Shown: in pieces, positions 11,586 through 24,364 of the stretch
Position numbering within the stretch: the first letter of the stretch is position 1
How the letters are laid out: each line of letters begins with the position of its first letter
Source of the DNA: Nemertoderma westbladi
Taxonomy: Eukaryota; Animalia; Xenacoelomorpha
Assembly (NCBI GenBank): GCA_032718475.1
Contig: JAUCBJ010004962.1
Location: 1 to 39,085 of the forward strand
DNA: 39,085 nucleotides
Reading direction: 5' to 3'
The notes under the pieces: generated by a model
The model's input: only the letters and a program-made list of their open reading frames with translations
Database searches by the model: none
What the model was told of the DNA's origin: nothing
Position numbers and translations under genes: made by a program

Positions 11586-12183
11586 TGTGGGAGATGATTA
11601 ACACTATCTAACCCCAAATTCATTTATTGCTGGACTGTGAATAATGCTGTAGCTGAAACTTGGTTTATAAGCTTACTCACCCCAAACAAAAGGTCAAAAT
11701 AATTAAAGATGAAGTGAAATGAATAGTACAGTAGTATCCCAATGTGACCCAAACCTAAGCCAAAACAATAAGCGCTGATACCAAATATATCAACACTCTC
11801 CACCCATTGCACTTCCGTGCTGCCTGTGTGGTTATTATGATGGGGTATCCCGGTTCAATTTGGCCCAAAACCCAAGTACAGGAAAAATAGTTAAAGCACC
11901 AGTTAACCTAATAGAATTGTGTATATCAACCGAATGAGAACCCCTCCCCTTGTGGCTTGCCCGCCCAGTCCAACTTACTGCCCTTATGTTTCACTCATGT
12001 TGTGTGATATCATCCATCCATTTTGGGCTCCTGCAGTCGGCCGGTACGGCTCGACGTCCTCACTCCATAATTATCATTATTAGGCGGAGAATGTGCCGGT
12101 CATGTGTAAAAATAAAGGGTTTGAATTCCGAACCAATCACCGGTGTCTTTATTCCACCATTTTGATTCACAAATTCACCAACA
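11586..12183 (+). mobile_element. Possible solo LTR
   Basis: Begins TGTGGGAG and ends CACCAACA (imperfect terminal inverted repeat), with AATAAA ~70 bp before the end. No matching TSD was found. Confidence 0.25.
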
Positions 12184-12479
12184 CAAACAAAACACAATTA
12201 GGGTAAATACATATCTGTTGTGTGTATATGTTACTTTTTTACAGTACAAAATCAGAACATAATATCAGATAAATTCAATACCATCTGAACAATAATTCAA
12301 TATAAAATCTTTGAAGAATAATCAATATAGGTATAAACTTGATTAAATATTTCCTAGTTTGCAATAAAATTCGGAATTCAAAATCGTCAATAAATTAGCC
12401 ATAATATCGTGAGTTTTTTTTTCATATATAGCTACTGCAGTACGTACAGAGTTTAACAATGGTTGTTCATTAACTATCA

Positions 12480-13892
12480 ACAATGTTAAACTTTTACCTG
12501 ATCAGGATAAAGATCCTAATGCATTGGGTTTTGAATTACGTGCTATAGAATAGCTTATGTTACAATGTGAAAATATTCTCTCTCATATGAGTAAACCAGC
12601 TAAATCAAAAATATGAGAGAAACGATCGATTACAGTGGAAGAAGCGAATCAACTTCGTATTTTAGTTGGCCGTTTTAAAACTCAAGCTCAAGATAAGTGT
12701 GTAAAATTCAAAGCTATTGTTGATAATAAGGATAAGGTCAGTAAATTTTATAAAATGACATATTTGAAGAAAGCTTTGGTTGGTAAAGCTATAGGCTATA
12801 TTACAGATATTGAAATTTCTGCTGACAATTATAGAACAGCGTTTGATACTGTTTTAAAATTATACGGCAAGGAGAGAATCGTAGTTAAACATCTGATTAA
12901 AAAACTACAAGGTTTTCCTAAAGTCACAGATGAAGATAATGTACCTAGTTTGTTAAAATTGTTCGAGTCTATTCGAGTCAATGTGATAACTGATTTATCG
13001 AAGTATGAATTGACTACAGATATATTCTTCTTAGCATTTTTGGAACCATTGTTTCCAGATAAGATACGTGAGGAATGGGAAAAGGAATTAGACACTACTC
13101 ACTGAGCGATGCTATGCCTACTGTTAAAGAGGTTATTGATTGGTTACAAGTCCTTGTCTCACGTAAAGATTTCACAAGAGATTAGTCTGATAAAAATCAT
13201 TCTAAAGTTAATAAAAATGATAATTCTTCTGACTGTAGTGTGGTTGAATATAAAGACAAAAAGTATTCAGCACAGGTCCTCCCTACTGACTCAAAGGTGG
13301 TGGTGTTAATTCGAGAGTAAACAGTAAAAGTGGTACTTTATTTGGCAGTAGTACTAGTGGTGGCGCTGGATATAAAAATCAAACATTTGATAAAAACAAA
13401 TCTATTGTTAAATCTGACCATAAATGTCCATTATGTGATAGAAAATGTCGCTTCTTGCCTTGTTGTTATAGGGTTTTACAGGCGTCTTTAGTCGAGCGCC
13501 GTGAATTAATGAAGCAACATAAAGCGTGCTTTAGTTGTTCTGCCTTTAATCATCTCAGTAAGAATTGTCACAACTCACATATGAGTGTGGTGTCAACTGT
13601 TGTAAAGAAAAAGCACCACCCCCTACTGCACCAAGATGACAAGGATAAGGTTGAAACTGATAGCAAGATAGTGAGTCAAGTTGCCTCAGTAAGTATGGCT
13701 ACTAAACCGGAATTTATTGTATTTTTTCAAATGTACTCATCTAAAATATGTAGAGTTCGCAGATGAGTTTCCCCACGGGGCTGTGGAACTGGATGTTCTC
13801 ATTGGTATGGACTATTTTCTTAAATTAGTTCCATGAGATATTATTAGGCATCCAGCAGATGATACTTTACCTGAAGCTATGGCTACTGTTTA
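12480..13892 (+). mobile_element. Decayed BEL/Pao LTR retrotransposon, gag and post-protease segment
   Basis: KMTYLKKALVGKA...ISADNYRTAFDTVLKLYG (BEL gag core); a triple Cys-His cluster (CPLC, CFSC...H...C, C..C.K.HHPLLH); then ELADEF...LDVLIGMD...PEAMATV. Many stops and frameshifts. Confidence 0.8.
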
Positions 13893-14043
13893 TGACTACT
13901 GTCCGTGCCTGTCTATTATCAATTGTCTGGCCGTTATAAGTACCGCACTGCAATACATACTAAAACTAGTTACCGGTAGCAATACCTCCACCAGTAGGCC
14001 TATCTACCATGGCCTACTTTATACACAATATACTAATATACCA
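13893..14043 (-). repeat. Gypsy 3' LTR (151 bp, outer 18 bp missing)
   Basis: Direct repeat of 19186-19336 with 5 mismatches. It is preceded on the minus strand by the polypurine tract GAAAAAGAGGAG (14045-14056). Confidence 0.92.
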
Positions 14044-14183
14044 ACTCCTCTTTTTCGAGATCCAATATTAATAGTATAAGTAAATGGTTAAGTAATCTTC
14101 CAGTTTATTATAAAATTAATTATGGATCTTTCTGAGTTAAAATCTTAGCAGTGTTAAAATACAATCAGAAAATTAAAACATCT

Positions 14184-17100
14184 TCAGCCGAAAGAGTTGT
14201 AAGTTAATCTTTCTGGTGGTTTGCAGATTCGCCCTGATCGTCGGTTCACTGGAGAATCCATGGAGGGTTGTATGTCTGTTTGTAAGTTTTGGGGTCTTGT
14301 GTATGAGTCTGTTGTTGGTCTATTCACATCATTAGCAGAACTACTCATTTGGTTGTTGGAACTGGAATCAATATTTAATAATTCGGGTTGTATGGGTCGA
14401 AGGTAACATCTGTTTCGCCATAGAATGCGTCCTGATGCGAAACGGAGCCTGTATCGTCGATGATTGTCCGTTTCGACTACTAAATCCAACTTATCCCATC
14501 TATTCATCTAATACATCTTATCCCACTTATCCCTTACTATAACGGTGGAGCCAACTTTTATATTTTTTAATGCAACTGCAGATCGATTATAATAATATCT
14601 CCGTTTATCAGCAGTGTTTAAGCGGTTTCTATCAGCAATGTCTGCATCTTTCTGCCACTCGCTACCAATGAGTTGGGACGAGTGATCGTAAGGGATGACC
14701 GAATATTCGTTGCGCTGGGGATAATCCATCTTCATTTGGAGTATTTCGTAATTCTAGTACGCCCGCTAGAAAATCATCCGAATTTATATTGCCACCAGTT
14801 TTGGCCAATAAATATTTTATCTTTTTCACATTCACCTCTGCGTGTCCATTACTTTTTGGATATCCTGGGGTTGATGGTTGCCACTTGACCCCCATTCTCT
14901 AAAAAATTGCTGTGTTTCTTCAGCTGCGAATTGAGACCCATTGTCTGATGAAAAGATGTTAGGGACTCCCAACATCGCGAAATATTGTCTCAATACCTTT
15001 ATATTATCAGATGCTGTAGGTGCATTCTTCAACTTATCAACAAGGGGGTAACCCGAAGTGCGATCAACATATACTATATAGTATGCTCCACCATACTGAA
15101 AAATATCTGCTGACACAGATTGAAAAATTCGAGCCGGAATGATGTGTTGCAACATTGGTTCAGTTGGAAGGGATGGGCGAAAATGTTGACATTCTAAACA
15201 AGTTTCAACAGTATTTGTGATATCAGAATTAAATCCAGGCCAGTAAACGGACTGACGTGCCCGTCTCTTAGTTCTTTCTATACCCTGGTGACTTGCGTGT
15301 AACCGCTTCAATATATCTTTTACCCCAGATGGTGGAACAACAATTTGAGCACCTTTCAGAATCAAGCCATCATCTATCGACAATTCTCCACAAATCTTTC
15401 TGAATTGTTGAACATAGGCACTAAATTCTGAATCTTTCATTATAAAATCATTGCGTATAGCATCAATCAATAGCAAATAATCACTATCAGATTTCGCACA
15501 TTCCTTCAATTTATCTAGAGTAATATCTGGAATATCACCATTTATGGCTGCCTCATTAACTGCATTTAAAAATATAGCAGACTGTTCATATATCAGTTCA
15601 TCATCTGAGTCATCATTATTGCTATCTGGATCTGAAATCGGGGCTCTTGATAAAGCATCTGGTATTAAATGTTCTTTTCCTTTTTTCCATACAACATTGA
15701 AGTTATAACTGGACAATTTAGAACGGTTATTTAATACCCTGGTATTCTCTATATCAATCAGACCATATCGGTTGAACATTGTTTCTAGGGGTTTGTGATC
15801 TGTTATTACAGTGAATGATTCTAATCCTGCTAAATAAACATGACATTTTCGAATCGACCATAAGATTGCCAAGGCTTCCAATTCAACTATCGCATAACTG
15901 GTTTCAGCTTCTTTTAAAAATCTGCTTCCGCACTGTATAAGTTTCCAATATCCTGATTGTTTTTGCAATAAAACAAAACCAATGCCATGTAAGCGAGAAA
16001 CGTCCGTTTGCAAACAGGTCTCTGCATTCGGGTCAAACATTCCTAGAACAGTAAAGCAGTACTAAAGTGTGGTAAAGCAACTTAGTAAAGCAGCTTTGAC
16101 TTTTTTGAAAGACTGGTTATGTTCTGGTAACCATATGAATTGGTTTCTCGAACTTAATATTCCACGAAGGGGACTAGCTGCAGATGCAACTTCCGAACTA
16201 AAAGAACCCAATTGGTTCACGAGACCTAGGAAGCTTCAGAGGTCAGTCCGAGTGGTAGGTATTGGAAAGTCTGAAATGGCATTCACTTTGTTGGGGTCTG
16301 CTGATATGTTTCCATGTGATATTTTATATCCAACAAAATCAATCTCTTTGGATATAAGAATAGATTTATTTTTGTTTACAGTAAGATTATAATATGCATA
16401 TCTTTCTAGGACATCACAAACGGTGCTCACAAGTTTTCTGATAGTTGGAGACCCCATAGCAATGTCATCTGTAACTTTCTGAACATTTAATCCTATGAAA
16501 GCCTGATCACCACGGTATGAAAAACTATCGCCTGTTGAAATAAATCCCATAGGGGAACGTAAAAACTTAAATTTTCCAAATGGTGTGATAAACACAGTTA
16601 ACTCTTGTGATTTAGTATCAAGCGGCATTTGCCAGTATCCTTTCACTAAGTCAATCTTAGCAAAATAGTTGTCTTCTATTGTTAAACCAGATATTGCTTC
16701 TTTTGGTGTTTTTGTGTGGTAAGAAGTTCGTAAAACCTGGCAATTTAATTTGGTTGTCTACGCAGAGACGTACATCGCCATTTGGTTTTGGGGCCACAAC
16801 TAATGGATGACACCAAACAGTTGGAAATTCGCCAACAGGTTCTATAATTTTTCTTTGAACCATATAATCTAAATTATGTTTGACTTTATCTCTTAAAGCA
16901 TAAGGGATTTGATGGGCAGTATGAACTGCATATGGTACTGCATTTGGTTTTAGTGTTATTGTCATTGGGTTTCCAACTTTTTCACCACACATAGGCCTAA
17001 GTTCTCTAGCATCATCAAATACAATTGAATAAATGCTGTATATTTTACAGTTAATTTCATTCAAAAGTTCATGTGATAAATTGCTGGTGTTGTTAGGTAA

Positions 17101-18913
17101 ATTATTCAGCCAATCAGAACGGTTTGGCCAAATATCCGAATTGGAGCATGATGCTTCTTTTATAGTGTGCGCTGCTGAATTGCAGTCGTTTTTTGTACAT
17201 TCATCTATAGCAAGACCAGATGTGGACAATGATGTGGGTGTTATAGTTGACACTGAAACATTATCATTCCCCATAGGTTTTGGAAATGTTGAACTTACAA
17301 TTGTTAGCTGTTTGCAAGTATCTAGAGATAAATACAATCCCTGAACATCGAAACAAACAACAATAGTTGTACTGGTTGTATGTATCCCGACTGATATAAT
17401 TGCTTTAAATGTACCAACTTGTTCCAAAATTGTTCGACCAACAGTAAAAATGCGACATTTTATCTTGGGACCAAGCACACATTTGTTGACTAATCCACTC
17501 TCATTAAACATATCAATACCCATAACTGTAGTACCTGCACCTGTATCAGCCCAAGCTGTAACACTACATTGAAACTGGGAATCATTCAATGTCAAGTTTA
17601 CTTCAATTAATGGTTTAACACCAGCAATGGCACCACAAATCGATGTGTTTATAAATAAATCATGATTTTCCTCTTCATTCATGTATAGTGAATCTATAAA
17701 TAAAACTGAATCATCTCCTAATTCATCCCCTTCAAAAGAATCACTTTGATTGGAGAGGTTGATTGCAGCTAATTTTTGTGATAGACACACAATGGAATAA
17801 TGTCCCTTGCCATCACAACAAACACATGTTGAATTTAATGCAGGGCACTTATTCATTGTCTGATGACCACGTTGACCACACTGGCCACATCGATCAGTAT
17901 TAATAATATCTTTTTTCTTTATTTCCTTAATCCTAGGTTTAGTAACTTTGCGGGATTTGTCATCACTTTGTTTTACATTCCATAAGCTTTTAGAAGCTAT
18001 TCGTGCAGATTCTAAAGTAATTATAAATTTTCGTGATGCATTGAAATCTAGTGGCGGATCCTGGGCGATTAATTTTTCGTGGTCTTGATCGTTGGATATC
18101 GCAAGTATTAATAATGCAGTATGCAACCTATCTGCTGTAACAGTTGATGTACTGGCATACTCTCCCAACTCGATTATTTCGTTACACACAGAAGTATAAC
18201 TTTGGCTTTCTTTCTGTCTTATTGAAAGCAATGACCGCCAATCCAAATTTGCGTTACGGAGTGAACGAAGATATTCTTGAATATGATTATGAATTTCTTC
18301 AATATCTAAATCAGTATCTGCAGGGATTGATAGCGTGCGATGAATAATAGTTAAAAATCCTGGGGAGCAACAATCCCAAAAACATGCAACTTGTTTGGTC
18401 TGGCTTCGCGATTTAAGATCCATTAAGTTATAGTAATTATTCCACAGAGCTCGCCATTCCTTAAACCTTCTAAAATCTGTATCCGATTCCAGTGTTACAG
18501 GGCATCGAGCTGTTATTTTAGGTAAGTTATCCTGTAGTTCTCTACCCTGCCACTGTCTTTCATCAGTAGGCCTAATTGAGGATGTACTGGAATTGGCCAT
18601 GGCAGCCGCAATAGCTATTTCACATGCATTGTGAGCATTGGCCAGAGTTTCAAACTCAGCTAGTTGCTCTTGTGCTTTAAGTAGATCTTCCTCGAAATCG
18701 TCAATATCCTTGTCCCCATCTGTTGCTACTGCATCTGGGTGACACAAAACGGCCATATCACTCTCTCTAAAACAGTCAAACTTCTTCTGGTTCAATTGCC
18801 TCGTAACTTCCGATCACTGCTAGGCCAGCACGTTGAGCTTTGGTTACAGCAGATTTAAAACCCCGCCGAGATGCCTTCAAACCAGAAATATCAAGGCCTG
18901 TTTTAGTCGTCAT
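14184..18913 (-). pseudogene. Gypsy gag-pol, frameshifted
   Basis: Two zinc knuckles (CGQC...H....C, CVCC...GHYSIVC); protease ADTGA; RT KGYWQ...TPFG.F.FLRSPMG...KVTDD; RNase H TDVS..GIG...ELEALA..TDHKPL; integrase H-H-C-C, SDNGSQF and SNGHAE. Split over at least six ORFs. Confidence 0.9.
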
Positions 18914-19150
18914 TATTCAGCTTTCACCTGATAATGGGGGACAAGAGCTATCCAGCCCTAGTTGCCTAGCTGATATTTCAGTACCGGTATTACACTACCA
19001 GTACTTCTGTACTTCAGTCAGTCAGTACTTGCAGTCCTGTGCACTGCAGGTTTGGTAAGTTGATGCCGTATAGCATAAATAATAGTGGTCCTTCTGTCTC
19101 ACATAAAACTAGAACACACTGTTCATTATATAGTAGTTTTATCAGTAAGA

Positions 19151-19167
19151 CCCTACTCGCAGCGCCA
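19151..19167 (-). other. Primer binding site, probably tRNA-Ser
   Basis: TGGCGCTGCGAGTAGGG directly abuts the LTR and resembles the complement of tRNA-Ser 3' ends as recalled. The tRNA identity is less certain than the PBS call itself. Confidence 0.75.
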
Positions 19168-19336
19168 TGTAATGTATAGAAGGAGTGACTACTGTCCGTG
19201 CCTGTCTATTATCAATTGTCTGGCCGCTATAAGTACCGCACTGCAAAACATGCTAAAACTAGTTACCGGTAGCAAAACCTCCACCAGTAGGCCTATCTAC
19301 CATGGCCTACTTTATACACAATATTCTAATATACCA
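19168..19336 (-). repeat. Gypsy 5' LTR (169 bp, TG...CA)
   Basis: The minus strand reads TGGTATATT...ATACATTACA, immediately followed by the PBS. Confidence 0.92.
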
Positions 19337-21051
19337 GTTATGTGATTTGTGGACCAAATATTCGAACCCCAAATAATGTGAAACCTAAACTGAAGTCTAA
19401 GAGCTGTTTATTGACCATGATTGGTATTAATGATAGACTATTGAACTCAATTGATAAATTTTGAAATGTTGAATCTATAAGAATTACTTTGAAATGTTGA
19501 ATCTATAAGAATTACTAACTCAACGAAGAAAGTTCTTACCTATGATGAAAACGAGGCTGAAGAAATGTTCCAGTCATCTTCGCAATATGATGCTGAAGGT
19601 ATGAGGTATACAGTTGCATTACCTTTTAAACAAGATGATCCCAGCTTGGTTATTAATCAGAGAGCAGCTACAAAAATGTTTGAAACCCTGGAGAAGAGAT
19701 TACTTCAAAATCCAGAAGAGGGAAAATTTGTATACAAAGGTTAGATGATTACGTAAAAATTCGGTTTTGTACGTAAAGTTACAACCGAGGAGGAAGTGAA
19801 ATTTGACTCCCAGGAGCAATTCTTCCTTCCTCACCATCCTGTCTACAAACCCAAATTTAGAGTCGTGTTTAATGCAAGTATTAAAGATAAACACGGGAAT
19901 TCTCTTAACGACTACTTGTTGCCTGGGGAGATATTGCAGGATGATATTTGTGAGATCTTGTTGCATTTTCGCACAAGTAGCCTTGGTAGCGGATATTCGG
20001 AAAATGTTTTGTTGGTGGCCAAAGCATCCAGAAACAGCTTTTACGTCGATTATTTATGCGGTGGAGCTGATAATGTTCATGATGGAACTATTTTGTATAA
20101 AGAATTGGTGGAGATGTTTACTTTGGCAGAGTCATCAGTCAATTTGTAGGTCAGTTATATTCCGGAGATACAAAAACTTCGGGGTTAACTTGCAACTTTG
20201 GGTCTGATGAACTGAGTTTAGTTGTGTCTGACCGTTTACTTACACTCATTGATGACTGTAACAATGAGAAATGTATTGAGTAAAATTTCTCAGATTTATG
20301 ATGTATTTGGGTTTGTCAGTACTTATGTACTCTGAGGTAAAATTATTATGCGACAAATGGGGCAATACAAGCGTCAGTGAGATGAACCAGTTCCTATGGG
20401 GATAAGAAGATATTTTCGAATTGGGAGCAAGAACTGCCTCTTCTAGGTGACATCAAAATTTCTTGATTTATTGACATAAAAAAGACAAGCACAATTCAAA
20501 TACATTCTTTTTCTGATGTGTCGGAAAAGGCTTAGGGCACCTTGGTTTATTTGAGAGTGGAAATTGATCGCAGCATTTCCTCGTACTTTCTTATTGCGAA
20601 GCTCCTTTGAAGCTTCTTGCCTTAGCTAGATTGGAATTACTTGGAGCTTTGTTATCTGCGAGATTAGTTAATTATGTAAATAAATCCTGAGAGAATTGCT
20701 TCAAGATTTCGAGCTGCTACTATTGGGTTGACTTGGAGATTGTTTTAGGTTGGTTAGTGAAACCAAGTTACTTCTGGAACACATTTGTTTCGAATAGAGT
20801 TCAGGAGATATACGATTTGACTTCAATTGAACATGGAGGTTCGTCCCAGGCATTCGTAATCCTGCAGATTTGTTTTCACGAGGGGCTAGTCTCTGTGAAC
20901 TTAAGGAATGTTCATTCTATTGGCATGGCCCAAATTGTCTCATTAAGTCCGAGGATTGTTGGCCGATAGGAAACATGTTCATGTTGAACACAGATCTCAA
21001 TTTACCGGAAAAGAAGCAAATAAAGCCTCATAAATTTGTAAAGAATATTTG
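19337..21051 (+). mobile_element. Decayed BEL/Pao pol (RT with internal deletion, RNase H)
   Basis: RYTVALPFK, FLPHHPV..KFRVVFNAS..SLNDYL..G, VALVADIRKMF, FYVD, HSFSD.SEKA, RLELLGALL, FVSNRVQEI and NPADL.SRG..WHGP. A 28-bp tandem duplication lies at 19460-19515. Confidence 0.88.
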
Positions 21052-21055
21052 TTAA

Positions 21056-21439
21056 GGCCTGTTTACACGTGGCAACTTTTAGAGCAACTTTCTCGGACAA
21101 CTAGCAACTTTTTTTGGAGCAACTTAATTTAATCGCTGTTTACACGTGGCAACTTTACCAGCAACTTTACCAGCAACTTGGCCGGCAACTTTTAGAGCAA
21201 CTTGGCTAGTTTGACTGTAAAATTGTGGGTCATTTTATCTACTAGCTAGTTTTTGATAATTTAATTTGATTAACCCACTTTAATTCGCCAACGCAAATTC
21301 CTTCAAGTTGCCGTAAAAGTTGAGCAACTTTTACAGCAACTTTTTTGCGTGTTTACACGGAGCAACTTGATCGGCAACCTGGGTTGCTCCACAAGTTGCC
21401 GAGAAAGTTGCTCTAAAAGTTGCCACGTGTAAACAGGCC
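21056..21439. mobile_element. MITE (~384 bp) with ~40-bp TIRs, flanked by TTAA
   Basis: TTAA|GGCCTGTTTACACGTGGCAACTTTTAGAGCAACTTTCTCGG ... CCGAGAAAGTTGCTCTAAAAGTTGCCACGTGTAAACAGGCC|TTAA, with an interior rich in GCAACTT motifs. Confidence 0.92.
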
Positions 21440-21443
21440 TTAA

Positions 21444-21717
21444 GAAATCACTTGAATCGAGATCAGTTGTTATAGATGAAATCTGCCAATGTTTGGCGCT
21501 GAAAGTTTAACCCACTAAGGGCTAAGGTATTTAGTACAGAAGTTGTTGACTATTTTAGTAATTTTGAGGCTGTTGAGATTTACAGCTCGTAGCTTTAGAT
21601 GGTTATCTAGAATTTGTAGAACTAGTAAATCTCAACATTCTATTTATCGAACCTTGATATCTTCCAAAGAGTTGGAAAATGCGGAGTTACATTGGATTAG
21701 ACTGTTGCAGCAACATT
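21444..21717 (+). mobile_element. Last BEL/Pao pol fragment (pre-integrase), truncated
   Basis: LLRFTA...SKELENAELHWIRLLQQH is typical of the BEL RNaseH-integrase linker. Confidence 0.65.
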
Positions 21718-22079
21718 GGTGGCGGCCACCCTAGAAACGGACCTTAGCATAGGAATGTCAATTTTTGTTTTATTGCTTCATTCGATGCAGAATTTTCCGT
21801 AGAATTCGAAAATGAAAACGGCTAAGCGAGATCTTGTTTATTTCGTGAGATATGGCCGTTTTTCTAAAGCACTTTTCGAATAATTTTTGACATTTTTGTC
21901 AAAAAGTTGAAAATTTTAATTTGGCTCATTTTGACTCAAATCGGCATATATTGCATATATTATTATATATAATTCAAATTCAAAATTGTAGTTCATGACA
22001 ATTATTAATATTAGTTCTTAGTCATTAGGCCTAGTTATTTATTTCTTTAGTAAGTTATTTCTTTAGTTATTTATGCTAC

Positions 22080-23400
22080 TAGTTGTTTGTCTTTTTCGGC
22101 CTTCCTCTCCTCCGTTTTACTACTGGCGCTCCGTCACGCTCAGTCGCATTGGTGGTGGCTGCGGAGGTGGACGGTTCTTCCCCACACTTTTTCGCTCTCC
22201 CTTTAGTCTGTTTGACCACAGCAGCTGAAGCTGAAGAAGTGGATGGACCCTCAATGGTCGCAATAACTTTCGTTGGTCTTGAAACCTTTGGCTTACTACA
22301 GAATAGTTCCTTTGTAAGTTCAGAGCGACAGTGCGGTCTTATGACGTCATACAGGTACCACTGGCGCTCTACTGAGAGACCTTCAGGGATCTTCTTCTCT
22401 GGTAGATCAATGGGGATAGAACAATTATCCGATCAATGGGGATAGAACAATTATCCTTTATAATAACTTGCTGCGTCCAGTGTGTATCACTTGCTAATTT
22501 CTTCATAAAGACCACCCCTGGTGTCTCCTTAGTAAACCGGAAATGGTGGTAGTTGGTGATAAGTGTGATTGGTTTGTACGTGGAACTGAAGTACGTTGAC
22601 CAGTTGTACCAGGCAACTACTTCTTGGCCAGTAGTTGGATCGCAAGTTCCAATGACTTCATTCTTCGAAGTTGACTTCCTAACAACTTCCAAAATGTCGT
22701 TGAAAGTATCGACATCAGTTGCCCTAAACTTCTGCTTGATTGAGCCAAATCGACCATCAGGGCGGAATTTTGTGTGTCCTGCAAGCATGAAGTTAAATGG
22801 TAATATCGTCGTTAAAACCACTGGCAACCCTCCATAAAAGATAGTGCATCATTGCATTATTTTTATTTTGCGATACTGTATTGTCCGCCTGCAAGTCCAA
22901 ACAAACGATTGCAACCTAGGCTCAGTCGGTGGTGCTGCAAACTGATCACGCTATCGGCTCCCTTGCCTGCTACGTGAGACTCGTCAATCAGGAAGTTTAA
23001 CTGTTGTCTACTTATCTCGTCATAAAGTCCGAACAGCCCACACTTTCGGGGAACCTGAAAATATATTGGACCTACTTGTTGCGGACTATAAGGATACGAT
23101 AAGTTTTGTGCGTAATCGAATGACACCATTGATCGCCCCTCTTCCTTAGCAGTAGTAACTAGGCTATTATAATTATAATGTCTGCGCTGTCCGTTGGCCT
23201 CTTCTAGGTGACTGGTAGCTAGCTACCTTTAGAGCTTCAACTCGTCGCTCCTCTAGTGGCATTTTGTTAGCTCGAAGAACGTTGGTACTGTTAATTTTGC
23301 AGGTTTCGCATAAATCCTGCATAAATTTCATGCAGCCTATGTAGGGGCAAAATTTGTCCCAAATACGCATGAAACCCCAGTATGTGACAGCACGAAATCC
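22080..23400 (-). pseudogene. Sola-like DDD transposase remnant
   Basis: SFDYAQ...GPIYF..PRKC..FG, LIDE...GKGADSVIS, DNT.SQNK, FM.AGHTKF.PD..FG.IK, ERQWYLY..IR..C and C-terminal KRRRGRPKK. Several frameshifts; element ends not resolved. Confidence 0.65.
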
Positions 23401-24364
23401 TGCAATCTCACAATGCTTGGTATAATACTGTTTTAGAGATTTTTATTCAACATTGACCAAGAGACAATTTCTACCTGTTACAAACAACATATTAGCTCTG
23501 AACCCTTGATATGATGAAGTGCAAAAAATCCTATCCTACTCCCAAAGGGAGAACCTCCGGTTTGGATGTTGATTTTGCACCTTCATGTGACATCCTTCAA
23601 ATAATATAATATTATATAATAATATGATAATTTTATATGCTAGGAATAGATATTGTATTAGATATCCCATTTGGTGTGCTATACAAATTGGAGTTTGGTC
23701 AACATAAAATTGTTACAATGTTAAATTGTTACAATGTTAAATTGTTAAAATTGTTATAAAATTTTACATAAAATTAGACTTTTTAAATGTATCAATGAAT
23801 TTGAATCGCATTTTTCTCAATATTGATATTTTCACGATAAACACCCCATTATCTCAGGAAGTTGTGAACGGTTTTGGCTAAAATTTGGCTCAAATGTTAG
23901 CTATGGAAGTGGAACTAGCCACCTAGTCTAACAATTATAACTATATTTAGCTAAATAAATGTAATAAAACTAATGCTAAATATCGAATTTATTTAATTAA
24001 TTAGTTAATATTATTAAATATAAATTTTTCAAATTTTGTCGAAATTTTATTATTCTAGTTTGAGTTTTGTCAGACACTTTTCTACGTATTATGTGAAAAG
24101 TTTGAACTATTTCATTGAATAGTTCAAAAAGATCAGGTCATATGTTTCAATGGAAAACATTAAGGAATTCGTTCGTGTCCCTACCCCCTTTTATTAAGGT
24201 GGCTTATAATGTAATAACTATTTACATACTTGTGTGGAAAGTAGCACTTTGCAGTGTGATGATCCGAGTGGCTTTGTTACACGAACGAACGTTAGTGAAT
24301 GATTGAAAATAAAGCCACGAGGATCAGAACACTTTAAAGTACTTTGCAACAAGTATGTATGTAG

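Larger units (their letters stand above)
13893..19336 (-). mobile_element. Near full-length Ty3/Gypsy (Mag-like) LTR retrotransposon inserted into the BEL element
   Basis: Two LTRs, PBS, PPT and the gag-PR-RT-RNaseH-IN order are all present. The BEL reading (AMATV...YVICGP) resumes on the other side. Confidence 0.93.
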
